This document shows positions 7,734 through 16,435 of a stretch of 47,042 bases of DNA, piece after piece (the first letter of the stretch is position 1; each line of letters opens with the position of its first letter). This DNA is from Chloroflexota bacterium (lineage in GTDB: Bacteria > Chloroflexota > Limnocylindria > Limnocylindrales > CSP1-4), in the NCBI GenBank assembly GCA_043743315.1, contig JAYTWS010000066.1, positions 1 to 47,042 of the forward strand. Reading direction: 5' to 3'. Below the pieces are notes generated by a model. That model was not told the origin of the DNA and searched no databases. It saw only the letters and a program-made list of their open reading frames with translations. The translations under genes were made by a program, and so were the position numbers.

Positions 7734-8668
7734 CCGGGGGGGAGCTCCTGCTTCGATGTCGTCAGATGACGGGCTGCCGCCCGGTGACCGGCGAGGGTCG
7801 CGCGATGGAGCGCATCAGGAACCTGCCGACCCGCCGCGAGGGCCGTCAGCCAGCCGGCGATGAAGCCCGCGCTGAACGCATCACCGGCTCCGGTCGTGTC
7901 GGCTGCGGCAACCTGCGGCGTCGCGACGTCGAAGCGCAGCGGCTCGGCGGCCGTCCCGCGCGCCAGTACCCGCGCGCCGCGCGATCCGCGCTTGATCACG
8001 GCGATCGCTGCGTGCTCCAGAATCCCGTCGCCGGCGTGGCGCCCGAGAAAGGCCTCGACCTCGGTCTCGGTCGCGAACAGGACGTCCGGGGTAACCGACG
8101 CGACGAGCTCTCGGGCGGCACGGCGACCCTCCGCAAGCAGCGGCCCGATCGACGACAGGTCGAGCGAGATCTGCGCACCCGAGGTTGCGCGGGCTGTCGC
8201 CACCGCAGCCCGTGCGGCGGCCCCGATGGGCTCGCCCATCAGCGAGTAGGCGGGAACGTGCACCAGGTCCAGGCGGGCGAACCACTCGTCCTTGAGGTGG
8301 TCCGGCCGCACGGCGAGCGCCGCTCGTCGATCCGCCACGAACGATCGCTCGCCATTGGGCGCCACCAGGACGCCGACCCGACCCGTGCGTTGGCCGGCAA
8401 TTCGAGCCGCCCGAACACGGACGCCGTCCGCTTCCAGCTGGGACACGAGGCTTCGACCCGCCCCATCTCGTCCGACGGCGCACACCAGCTGGACGTCCAT
8501 GCCGAGGCGGGCGAGCCAGCGCGCGGTGTTCGCGGCGGAGCCCCCCTGTCGGATCCCGACCGTGCCGGGCACATCGGTGCCGGTCTCGATGGGTCGCGCC
8601 GGTGCCAGCACGACGTCGAGGACGAGGTCGCCGAGCACGAGAACGCGAGGCTTCGGTTCAGCGGGCAT
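7730..8668 (-). CDS. psuK: PfkB-family carbohydrate kinase, probable pseudouridine kinase
   Basis: This is the C-terminal 312 aa of the tracked 1023-aa ORF, starting MPAEPKPRVLVLGDLVLDVV. It has the PfkB motifs GGSAANTA and DTTGAGDAFSAGF. It is fused by ATGA to psuG. The rest of the long ORF is antisense to tkt. Confidence 0.8.
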   Translation of the reverse strand: MPAEPKPRVLVLGDLVLDVVLAPARPIETGTDVPGTVGIRQGGSAANTARWLARLGMDVQLVCAVGRDGAGRSLVSQLEADGVRVRAARIAGQRTGRVGVLVAPNGERSFVADRRAALAVRPDHLKDEWFARLDLVHVPAYSLMGEPIGAAARAAVATARATSGAQISLDLSSIGPLLAEGRRAARELVASVTPDVLFATETEVEAFLGRHAGDGILEHAAIAVIKRGSRGARVLARGTAAEPLRFDVATPQVAAADTTGAGDAFSAGFIAGWLTALAAGRQVPDALHRATLAGHRAAARHLTTSKQELPPG

Positions 8669-8674
8669 GTGGGC

Positions 8675-8680
8675 ATGGTA
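8675..8680 (-). promoter_or_regulatory. -10-like hexamer TACCAT, 6 nt upstream of the psuK ATG (leaderless-type)
   Basis: The minus strand reads TACCAT-gcccac-ATG. No Shine-Dalgarno can fit in that space. Confidence 0.45.
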
Positions 8681-8701
8681 TCGGGGAGGTCGTTGCGTTG
8701 G

Positions 8702-8707
8702 TAGGAT
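8702..8707 (+). promoter_or_regulatory. -10-like hexamer TAGGAT, 6 nt upstream of the tkt GTG (leaderless-type)
   Basis: The sequence is TAGGAT-cagcgt-GTG(8714). The whole divergent psuK-tkt spacer is only 45 bp. Confidence 0.45.
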
Positions 8708-8713
8708 CAGCGT

Positions 8714-10813
8714 GTGCCTGACCTGACCCCCGACCTCGAGCGCCTCGCGATCAACACCATTCGCACGCTGTCGATCGACGGGGTCCAGCAGGCGAACTCG
8801 GGCCACCCCGGCGCACCGATGGGCATGGCCCCGATGGCGTACACGCTGTGGACCCGATTCCTGCGACACGCCCCGACGAACCCGCGTTGGCCGGACCGCG
8901 ATCGCTTCGTGCTGTCGGCCGGGCATGCATCGATGCTCCTCTACTCGCTCCTCCACCTCACCGGCTATGACGTCACGCTCGACGACCTCAAGTCGTTCCG
9001 CCAGTGGGGCTCGCGAACGCCGGGGCACCCCGAGTACGGCCTGACACCGGGCGTCGAGGCAACGACCGGGCCGCTCGGCCAGGGATTCACGAATGCGATC
9101 GGGATGGCGATCGCGGAGCGCCGCCTCGCCCACGAGTTCAATCGCCCCGGGCACGACGTCATCGACCACTGGACATACGCGCTGGCCAGCGATGGGGACC
9201 TCCAGGAGGGCATCGCGTCCGAGGCCGCGAGCCTTGCCGGGCACCTGATGCTGCGCAAGCTCGTGGTCCTGTACGACGACAACCACATCCAGCTCGACGG
9301 GCCGACCGACATGGCCTGGTCTGAGGATGTCCTCGCCCGGTTCGAGGCCTATCGTTGGCAGACCGCCCGGGTCGAGGATGGCAACGACGTTGGGGCGATT
9401 GCCGCCGCAATCGCCGGGGCGCACCGGGACGCGAGGCCGTCGATCATCGCGGTCCGGACGCACATCGGCTTCGGCAGCCCGAACAAGCAGGACAGCCAGA
9501 AAGCGCACGGTGCCCCGCTCGGCCCCGACGAGGTTCGCCTCACCAAGGAGGCGTACGGCTGGGATCCCGATGCCCAGTTCCTGGTGCCGGACGAAGCACT
9601 CGACGTCTTCCGGGCAGCCATCCCCGCGGGCGACGCCCTTGTCGCCGAGTGGAAAGGACGGATGTCGCGCTACGCGGACGGGTTCCCGACGGAAGCGGCC
9701 GAGTTGCGGCGCAGGTTTGCCGGCGAGCTGCGGGACGACTGGGACGCGGGTCTTCGGACGTATGCACTCGGCGAGGACTTCGCCACCCGGCAGGCGAGCC
9801 AGCAGGCGATCGCTTCGCTTGCCGAGCCGGTGCCGGAACTCTTCGGCGGCGCGGCGGACCTGTCCGAATCGAACCTGACCGACATCAAGGGCGCCGGTGA
9901 CTTCGAGGTCGAGGCCGCTGGGCGCAACCTGCGCTTCGGGGTGCGCGAGCATGCCATGGGTGCCGTCGCCAACGGGATCGCCTATCACGGTGGTTTCATC
10001 CCGTACGCGGCCACGTTCCTGACCTTTTCCGACTACATGCGCGGCTCGGTTCGCCTGGCGGCACTCGCCGGCCTGCACGTGATCTACGTCTGGACCCATG
10101 ATTCGGTCGGCCTGGGCGAGGACGGACCGACGCACCAACCGGTCGAGCATTACGCCGCCCTGCGGGCCATCCCGAACCTGTGGTTCGTCCGCCCCGGCGA
10201 TGCGAATGAGGCCGCCGCGGCGTGGGCGCTCGCGATCGAGCGGCGCGACGGACCGGTGGCCCTGGCCCTGACGCGTCAGAAGCTGCCGACGCTGCCCGGC
10301 ACGGCCGAACTGGCGCGTGAGGGACTGCGGAGCGGTGGATATATCCTCCGACGCGCCTCGTCCGAAGCAGACGGCGGTGCCCCCGCGATCATCCTCATCG
10401 CCACCGGATCCGAGTTGCAGCTGGCGATGGGCGCGGCCGAGGCCCTCGAGGCGGAGGGGACGCCGGCGCGGGTGGTCTCGCTCCCGTGCTGGGAGCGGTT
10501 CGATGTCCAGGATTCGGCGTATCGGGACGCCGTGCTGCCGCGTGCCGTAACGGCGCGGGTCACAGTGGAGATGGGCGTTTCCCTCGGCTGGGAGCGGTAC
10601 GCCGGTGACGCCGGGGCGATCGTCAGCATCGATCATTTCGGGGCGTCCGCACCGGCACCCACGATCTTCGAACGCTTCGGTTTCACCACCGAGCGCATCA
10701 TGGACGTCGCGCGTCGCGTCGCCGCCGGCGAGCGGCCCGGGCGGGTCCCGACGGTCGATCCGGGACACCAGCCGCCCGGCCTCGCTCGATCCGCCGATCA
10801 CGTGGCCGGGTGA
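8714..10813 (+). CDS. tkt: Transketolase
   Basis: 699 aa. The ThDP motifs are [34 protein letters not shown] and [14 protein letters not shown]. The C-terminal tail of about 25 aa is not typical of transketolases. Confidence 0.95.
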   Translation: MPDLTPDLERLAINTIRTLSIDGVQQANSGHPGAPMGMAPMAYTLWTRFLRHAPTNPRWPDRDRFVLSAGHASMLLYSLLHLTGYDVTLDDLKSFRQWGSRTPGHPEYGLTPGVEATTGPLGQGFTNAIGMAIAERRLAHEFNRPGHDVIDHWTYALASDGDLQEGIASEAASLAGHLMLRKLVVLYDDNHIQLDGPTDMAWSEDVLARFEAYRWQTARVEDGNDVGAIAAAIAGAHRDARPSIIAVRTHIGFGSPNKQDSQKAHGAPLGPDEVRLTKEAYGWDPDAQFLVPDEALDVFRAAIPAGDALVAEWKGRMSRYADGFPTEAAELRRRFAGELRDDWDAGLRTYALGEDFATRQASQQAIASLAEPVPELFGGAADLSESNLTDIKGAGDFEVEAAGRNLRFGVREHAMGAVANGIAYHGGFIPYAATFLTFSDYMRGSVRLAALAGLHVIYVWTHDSVGLGEDGPTHQPVEHYAALRAIPNLWFVRPGDANEAAAAWALAIERRDGPVALALTRQKLPTLPGTAELAREGLRSGGYILRRASSEADGGAPAIILIATGSELQLAMGAAEALEAEGTPARVVSLPCWERFDVQDSAYRDAVLPRAVTARVTVEMGVSLGWERYAGDAGAIVSIDHFGASAPAPTIFERFGFTTERIMDVARRVAAGERPGRVPTVDPGHQPPGLARSADHVAG

Positions 10814-11280
10814 TGCGGATCGGGTTCGCGGCCGATCATGCCGGCGCCGCGCTCAAGGACGAGCTGCTCGGCCGGATTGGCGCGGCTGGTCTGGGGCATG
10901 AGCTGATCGACCTCGGTGGCGACGGATCAGATCCCACGGACGACTATCCCGACTTCGCCGCGCGGCTCGGCCACGCCGTTCGTGATGGCGAGGTCGAGCG
11001 AGGGATTTTGGTCTGCGGATCCGGGGTCGGGGCGTCCATCGCCGCCAACAAGATCCGCGGCGTCCGCGCGGCCGTGTGCCATGACACCTATTCCGCACAC
11101 CAGGGCGTGGAGCATGACGACATGAACGTCCTCACCCTCGGGGCTCGCGTCATCGGATCGGCGCCGGCCCTCGAAGCGGCCATCGCCTTCCTCGGCGCGA
11201 CCTTCTCGGGCGAATCACGGCACGTTCGACGCCTGAGCAAGGTCCTCGCCATCGAGGCCGAAGGCATAGCCCCGGACTGA
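10813..11280 (+). CDS. rpiB: Ribose-5-phosphate isomerase B
   Basis: [18 protein letters not shown]...[24 protein letters not shown] matches the RpiB/LacAB family. The ATG overlaps the tkt TGA by one base (TGATG). A GTG at 10810 is an alternative start. Confidence 0.9.
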   Translation: MRIGFAADHAGAALKDELLGRIGAAGLGHELIDLGGDGSDPTDDYPDFAARLGHAVRDGEVERGILVCGSGVGASIAANKIRGVRAAVCHDTYSAHQGVEHDDMNVLTLGARVIGSAPALEAAIAFLGATFSGESRHVRRLSKVLAIEAEGIAPD

Positions 11281-11319
11281 TTACGTCGGCGACCAAGCGC
11301 CGCGTCTGTGCCGGGAGTC

Positions 11320-12750
11320 TCAGACCGCGGGCGGCACGAACGGCTCGTAACCCGGCGCCACGATGGGCCACGGATGCGCCGCTTCCCAGCGCTCGGCGAC
11401 CCTGAGCAGCAGTTCGTCCCCGGAGCGCGGCCCGGTGACCTGGAGCCCGAACGGGATCCCGTTATCGGATAGTCCGGCCGGCAGCGTCACCGCGGGATGC
11501 CCCGTGACGTTCTGGAGAGCGGTCGAATAGGCCGACGGCGGAAGCATCGACCCCGCGGCACCGCCACCGGGGCGACCATCGGGCGTCCAGCCCTCGAGGG
11601 CGACGGTCGGGGTGAGGAGGAGACCGGCCTCGCCGAGGAGCAGATCCAGCTGGCGGATGTGCTCGAACCGGCGACGGCGCACGGCCAGGTATGCATCGAT
11701 CCCGACCGCGAGGCCATCGGAGAGGAACGCCCTGGCTGCCGGATGCATCCGATCGCGCCCGGCCTCGACCCACCCCCGGCCAAGCGACGCTACGTGCTCG
11801 GCCGTGGCAATCACGAACCAGTCGAGGTCCGGGTCACCGGTAGTGAAGAAGCTCCCGGGCTCGCGCCACTCGGCTTCAAGACCCACGATGTCGGCGAACG
11901 CCCGGACCGCGGCCTCGAACTGCGAGGCGAGCCGCGGCGGCAACGGTCCGAGGTCACTGGTTCGGTGAGCGGCGAACAGACGATCCAGCGGGCGGCCGTC
12001 GGCAGAACGGACTCCGAACGGAGCCGTCGCGGGATCGCCCGCCACTGGCCCCGACTCGACATCCAGGAGCCGCCTGAGGTCGGCGACCGTCGTCGCAAAC
12101 GGACCCGGCGTCGAGAAGTCGATCCAGTCGTGGGGCGGCCAGCGGCCGATCCGCCCGGTCGTCGGCTTGATCCCCACCAGTCCACAGAATGCCGCGGGAA
12201 TGCGGATCGACCCACCGCCGTCGGTCGCGGTTGCGACGGGCACAAGTCCTGCCGCGACGGCCGCCGCGGACCCGCCGCTCGATCCGCCCGGCGACCAGGC
12301 GAGGCCCCAGGGGTTCCGCGTGGGACCGAACAGGAGGTTATCCGTGTAGCCCTCGGTCGCAAACTCCGGCATGTTCGACTTGCCCACGACGATCGCGCCG
12401 GCGGCTCGCAGGCGGGCCGGAATCGTGCCGTCCTCGACCGCGAAGGAGGCGTCCGCGAACAACACGGAGCCGTGCGTGGTTCGCATCCCGGCGACGTTCT
12501 CGGAATCCTTGACCAGGACCGGTACCCCTGCGAGCGCGCCGGGGTCGCGGCCGCCAGCGGCGATCAGGTCATCCAGGGCATCGGCCTCCCGCAGCGCTTC
12601 GTCTGCCCGAAGTGCGACCACCGCACCGAGCGTCGGATTGTCCCGCTCGATTCGCGTCAGTGCCAGTTCAACGACCGAACGAGCGCGGCTCCGGCCCGAC
12701 CGCACCGCCTCGGCAACGGCCATGACGGCACCGGTCGGCGCGCGGGTCAC
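11320..12750 (-). CDS. Amidase (amidase-signature family)
   Basis: 476 aa. AS signature [43 protein letters not shown]. The GTG start overlaps the upstream stop (GTGA at 12747-12750). An internal ATG at 12723 is an alternative start. Confidence 0.85.
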   Translation of the reverse strand: MTRAPTGAVMAVAEAVRSGRSRARSVVELALTRIERDNPTLGAVVALRADEALREADALDDLIAAGGRDPGALAGVPVLVKDSENVAGMRTTHGSVLFADASFAVEDGTIPARLRAAGAIVVGKSNMPEFATEGYTDNLLFGPTRNPWGLAWSPGGSSGGSAAAVAAGLVPVATATDGGGSIRIPAAFCGLVGIKPTTGRIGRWPPHDWIDFSTPGPFATTVADLRRLLDVESGPVAGDPATAPFGVRSADGRPLDRLFAAHRTSDLGPLPPRLASQFEAAVRAFADIVGLEAEWREPGSFFTTGDPDLDWFVIATAEHVASLGRGWVEAGRDRMHPAARAFLSDGLAVGIDAYLAVRRRRFEHIRQLDLLLGEAGLLLTPTVALEGWTPDGRPGGGAAGSMLPPSAYSTALQNVTGHPAVTLPAGLSDNGIPFGLQVTGPRSGDELLLRVAERWEAAHPWPIVAPGYEPFVPPAV

Positions 12751-13697
12751 CGCGCTGGACGCGTGAGTGCCAGGAGTCCCAGGAACTCGTAGGCGACGTT
12801 GGCCGCCGCGAGGGCGGTCAGCTCGGCATGGTCGTAGGCCGGCGCCACCTCTACGACGTCGGCGCCGACGATCGGGAGGCCCGCGAGGCCACGCAGGATG
12901 GCCTGCAGTTCCCGTGACGTGAGTCCGCCCGGCTCGGGCGTCCCGGTTCCCGGCGCATGCGCCGGGTCGAGAACATCGATATCCACGCTCAGGTAAACGG
13001 GAGCGTCACCCGCGCGGGTCCGGATACGCTCGATCGCCACGTCGACACCACCCCGGGCCACTTCCGTGGTCGAGATAATGGCGAAGCCCATCCCGGCGTC
13101 ATCGGCGAGGTCCGACGCCGCATATAGCGGGCCGCGGATGCCGACATGCGAGGAACGATCCACCGCGAGGAGTCCCTCCTCGAACGCTCGCCGGAACGGC
13201 GTGCCGTGCGTATACGGGGCGCCGAAGTACGTGTCCCAGGTATCCAGATGAGCGTCGAAGTGGACGAGCGCAACCGGACCGTGACGCGCATGGGCTGCCC
13301 GCAGCAGCGGGAGGGCGATGGTGTGGTCGCCGCCGAGGGCGACGATCACCTGGGCGGACCGCAGCGTCTCGTGCGCTACCGCTTCGATCTGGCCGATCGC
13401 CTCGAGAATGTCGAACGGATTGCAGGACACGTCGCCGGCGTCTGCCACCTGCTGGACGGTCCACGGCTCGACCTGGAGCCCGGGGTGGTACGGCCGCAGG
13501 AGCTTGGACCCGGCGCGGATCGCCGACGGGCCGAACCGCGCGCCCGGTCGATACGAGACCCCGGAGTCGAACGGGACGCCGAGGATGGCCACGGCCGACG
13601 AGCCGACATCCGCGAGGCGCGGCAGCCGGGCGAACGTATCTGGGCCAACGTAGCGGGGCCGAACCCTGCCGTCCGGCGCACCGATCGGATCGGTCAT
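12747..13697 (-). CDS. Ureohydrolase of the agmatinase/guanidino-acid hydrolase (arginase) family
   Basis: Metal-binding motifs [16 protein letters not shown] and [22 protein letters not shown] are present. Start at ATG 13697 ([10 protein letters not shown]...), overlapping the upstream stop (ATGA). The 75-aa extension in the ORF track is R/P-rich and looks non-coding. Confidence 0.85.
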   Translation of the reverse strand: MTDPIGAPDGRVRPRYVGPDTFARLPRLADVGSSAVAILGVPFDSGVSYRPGARFGPSAIRAGSKLLRPYHPGLQVEPWTVQQVADAGDVSCNPFDILEAIGQIEAVAHETLRSAQVIVALGGDHTIALPLLRAAHARHGPVALVHFDAHLDTWDTYFGAPYTHGTPFRRAFEEGLLAVDRSSHVGIRGPLYAASDLADDAGMGFAIISTTEVARGGVDVAIERIRTRAGDAPVYLSVDIDVLDPAHAPGTGTPEPGGLTSRELQAILRGLAGLPIVGADVVEVAPAYDHAELTALAAANVAYEFLGLLALTRPAR

Positions 13698-14086
13698 GGC
13701 GCGGCCGAGAGGTGTTCGTGGACGCCGAGCCATCGACCGCTGAGCGTGCGCCGGAAGACGATCGTCTCCCGCTCCTGCAGGTCGTGCTCGCCGTCGGCGT
13801 CGCGGTTCCGCGTCGCCACATCGTGCGTGAACACGGCGATCCCGTCCTCGATGATCTGGACCCGACCATTGCTGGATCGACAGCCGAGGACGCGGAAACC
13901 CGCCTCCTCCCATGACCGCCACTCGGCCTCATACGCGGCCCGGGACGGCAGGAGCGCCGCGGTCGTGTAGAAGAGGAACGTGGCCTCGGGCGCGAACGCG
14001 TCGAAGTACGCCCCCACGTCGTGAGCGCCGAAGGCGGCGACCAGTCGGGCCGCCGCCTCCAGGACCTCGGATGTCCGATCGGTCAT
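13694..14086 (-). CDS. NTF2-like / SnoaL-like (DUF4440-type) small protein
   Basis: 130 aa with length and pattern typical of the NTF2-like fold (...[12 protein letters not shown]...[19 protein letters not shown]). It has ATGA overlaps on both sides. Confidence 0.6.
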   Translation of the reverse strand: MTDRTSEVLEAAARLVAAFGAHDVGAYFDAFAPEATFLFYTTAALLPSRAAYEAEWRSWEEAGFRVLGCRSSNGRVQIIEDGIAVFTHDVATRNRDADGEHDLQERETIVFRRTLSGRWLGVHEHLSAAP

Positions 14087-15501
14087 GGGCGCTCGGCGGC
14101 CAGCCGCCGCTCACTCTCCGCGATGGCCACCTCTTCCGCGGCCAGATCGAGCGAGCGTGTGAGAGCGAAGTAGGCGCCGGCGGACACAACCAGCCCGACG
14201 ATCGCCGAGATGTCGACGCCTCCGACCGAACCAACGAGCGGTCCCGAGAAGTAGCCCGGGATCACGACGAACGGGTACATCGAGGCGAGCCCGATCGCGT
14301 ACGAGATCAGCCCTCGACGGCCCCAGGCGCCGTAGATCCCCTTCGGGGTCGCGAGGTCGGTGATCGCGTAGCGGCCCTTCCGGACGAAGAAGTAGTCGAC
14401 AAGGTTGATCGCTGTCCAGGGGATGATCAGGTAGAGCATCACGATCAGGCTGTTGAACAGCGCCGTGATCGCGTCGCCAGGCAGCTGGAAGGCGACAATC
14501 GTCCAGACGACCGCCAGAACGACGATCGTGATGACACGAATCTGCCGGGTGGGCTTGATCGCCACGACCGAGTCGATCGCCGTCACGGTGGAGAGCATGG
14601 CGCTGTACCCGTTGATGCCCATCGTCGCCACGAGGGCGCACACGGACAGGATCGCGAGGAGCGAGCCGAGGCCCCCGAAGACGGCGTTGCCGCCGTCGCT
14701 CAGCGCAACGAGCGCATCCGTCGCACCAAGGTTCGTGGCAAGCCATGCCCCGAGGGCGATGAGCCAGACGGCTGATCCCGCCGCGCCCAGGAACACCGAG
14801 AGCACGATCGGTCGCGTTGGCGTGCCCTTCGGCAGGTACCGCGAGTAGTCAGACACATAGGGCGCGTAGGTGATGTTGTACGCCGCGGCGGCCACGAACA
14901 TCGAGGCGAAGCCGGCCAGTGTGAACTCGCCTCCCGCCGCCGGCGTCCCGCCCGCATTCCCGGTCACGATCGCGATCGTCAGGATCACGTAGAACGGGAA
15001 CGAGACGAAGAAGAGCACGCGGAAGACCCTGTGCAGGAGGTCGTGACCATAAATGGCCAGGGCGGTCGCGATCACGGTCACGACGATCCCGACAACGATC
15101 GGATCGAGACCGAACAGCCCATTGATCCCGCCGTCGATCAGCATCACGTCGACGACATTGAAGAGCATGAACGTGACCAACGATCCGAAGAGAGCGATGA
15201 TGACGCCGCTGTAGCCGAGCTGGGCTCTCGACTGGATCATCTGGGGCAGGCCCAGATGCGGCCCCTGCGTGGCGTGGAACGCCATGAAGAGCGTGCCGAA
15301 GAGGATCCCGAGCGTGCCGGCCACGATCGTGTCCACGATCCCCAGGCCGAACACCGGTCCGAGGAAGCCGATTGAGATCGTGAAGAACTGGAAGTTCCCG
15401 AGGAACCAGAATGGCCCCTGCTGCCAGACTTTGCCATGTCGCTCGGATTCCGGGACGTAGTCGATCGAGCGCGCTTCGATGACGGTCGCTTGCTCAGCCA
15501 T
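14083..15501 (-). CDS. NCS1-family (purine-cytosine/hydantoin/allantoin type) permease
   Basis: 472 aa with about 12 TM segments. The N-terminal NCS1 hallmark is IDYVPESERHGKVWQQGPFWFLGNFQFFT. GAGGGAGG lies upstream of the ATG. Confidence 0.85.
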   Translation of the reverse strand: MAEQATVIEARSIDYVPESERHGKVWQQGPFWFLGNFQFFTISIGFLGPVFGLGIVDTIVAGTLGILFGTLFMAFHATQGPHLGLPQMIQSRAQLGYSGVIIALFGSLVTFMLFNVVDVMLIDGGINGLFGLDPIVVGIVVTVIATALAIYGHDLLHRVFRVLFFVSFPFYVILTIAIVTGNAGGTPAAGGEFTLAGFASMFVAAAAYNITYAPYVSDYSRYLPKGTPTRPIVLSVFLGAAGSAVWLIALGAWLATNLGATDALVALSDGGNAVFGGLGSLLAILSVCALVATMGINGYSAMLSTVTAIDSVVAIKPTRQIRVITIVVLAVVWTIVAFQLPGDAITALFNSLIVMLYLIIPWTAINLVDYFFVRKGRYAITDLATPKGIYGAWGRRGLISYAIGLASMYPFVVIPGYFSGPLVGSVGGVDISAIVGLVVSAGAYFALTRSLDLAAEEVAIAESERRLAAERP

Positions 15502-15542
15502 GGTCCTCCCTCGAAGATCTTGCAGGCCGGGTTGCTCGGCCG

Positions 15543-15548
15543 AGTCTA
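15543..15548 (-). promoter_or_regulatory. -10-like hexamer TAGACT for the NCS1 operon (leader of about 35-40 nt with a Shine-Dalgarno)
   Basis: The minus strand reads cgaGTAGACTCgg, 41 nt upstream of ATG 15501. The same GTAGACT word precedes pgi and gnd. Confidence 0.4.
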
Positions 15549-15592
15549 CTCGTCGCGAGGACGGATTTGGCGGCCCTTTTGCCTCAGGAGAT

Positions 15593-15609
15593 CCGGCGCC
15601 CTGCGCCGG
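15593..15609 (-). terminator. GC hairpin just after the DUF4389 gene stop (possible terminator, no U-tract)
   Basis: CCGGCGC-cct-GCGCCGG is a perfect 7-bp stem. On the minus strand it lies 7 nt downstream of the stop at 15616-15618. Confidence 0.35.
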
Positions 15610-15615
15610 CCGCAG

Positions 15616-16257
15616 CTATTCGCTCGGTCCGAACGGCGGGTACGGCATCGGCATGAACAGGGCCCACAGCGACGTGCGCGACGTCATCCGGAGATAGCCG
15701 CCGAACAGGTCGTAGCCGACCTGGGGAAATCGCCCGTTGACGAGGACCGGGATCCACATGACGAACAGCAGAACGTAGACCGCGATCCCGAGGAAGAACA
15801 GGACGATGAACTGCGGAATCAGGGCGATCGCGCGAACGACAAAGCCGGTCCAGGGTATGCCCCATAGCCGGTTGATGCTCGACCGACGCTCGACAAGCAG
15901 GTCGACGCCGTAGGGCGCGTTGAGCGAAAACGGCGGATACGCATCGGTCATGAGGACCGCGTACGCGGCGACGCGCACGCCCCATCGGTACGTCGTCACG
16001 TACAGATCGAACAGCATCGCCGGCATCCTGCCGAGGAATAGCACCGGAATCCAAAGGAAATTCAGGAACAGGACACCGACGGTCCCAAGGACCGCCAGGA
16101 TCAGCCAGTGCGGAATGAGCAGAATCCAGCGCACCAGCAAGCCGAAGAACGGGATGCCCCACAGGCGATTGATTGTCTGGTTTCGATCGATCACCAGGTG
16201 CACCGGATAGCCCGAACCACCCGGGCCGCCGGGCGTGCCTGAAACTGCTGTAACCAT
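15616..16257 (-). CDS. DUF4389-like membrane protein (two tandem copies of the module)
   Basis: The block INRLWGIP(F/W)xGxxVRxIxLIPxxxxL...WIPVL(F/V)xGR(M/F)P occurs twice. Start at ATG 16257 (MVTAVSGTPG...) with GGGAGTGGAG upstream. Confidence 0.7.
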   Translation of the reverse strand: MVTAVSGTPGGPGGSGYPVHLVIDRNQTINRLWGIPFFGLLVRWILLIPHWLILAVLGTVGVLFLNFLWIPVLFLGRMPAMLFDLYVTTYRWGVRVAAYAVLMTDAYPPFSLNAPYGVDLLVERRSSINRLWGIPWTGFVVRAIALIPQFIVLFFLGIAVYVLLFVMWIPVLVNGRFPQVGYDLFGGYLRMTSRTSLWALFMPMPYPPFGPSE

Positions 16258-16323
16258 CTCCACTCCCTCGAGTATCTGTGCGCGCGGACCGGCAGCATAC
16301 GTCGGCTGGACGCCTCCGGATCC

Positions 16324-16380
16324 GGTCGATCGGCGCCCGCGGGGCCGATCGGCGCTTGGGGGGCCGATCGGCGCACGCGG
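16324..16380. repeat. Three tandem 19-bp direct repeats (core CGATCGGCGC) abutting the pgi -10 element
   Basis: The three units are ggtCGATCGGCGCccgcgg, ggcCGATCGGCGCttgggg and ggcCGATCGGCGCacgcgg. The cores start at 16327, 16346 and 16365. They lie in the divergent DUF4389-pgi spacer. Confidence 0.8.
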
Positions 16381-16381
16381 G

Positions 16382-16387
16382 TAGACT
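16382..16387 (+). promoter_or_regulatory. -10-like hexamer TAGACT upstream of pgi
   Basis: gGTAGACTTg lies 48 nt before ATG 16436. A GAGGTGGAG Shine-Dalgarno follows. Confidence 0.4.
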
Positions 16388-16435
16388 TGAAGTGCGGTCC
16401 CGCGATGCCCCGGAAGCTGCGACAGAGGTGGAGTC

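Noticed and set aside
7730-10801. 1023-aa ORF on the minus strand, the longest in the window
   Set aside because: Only its last 312 codons (7730-8668) look like a protein, a PfkB kinase starting MPAEPKPRVLVLG. The upstream 2.1 kb is the antisense shadow of transketolase. It translates to R/G/P/D-rich text. Such shadow frames are typical of very GC-rich DNA.
15502-15615. Guanidine-type or other riboswitch in the leader of the NCS1-ureohydrolase operon
   Set aside because: I looked for ACGR-loop hairpins (the guanidine-II type) and the conserved cores of the guanidine-I and guanidine-III types as I remember them. I found only a weak CTCG-cga-CGAG stem. The leader downstream of the TAGACT hexamer is only about 35-40 nt, too short for those aptamers.
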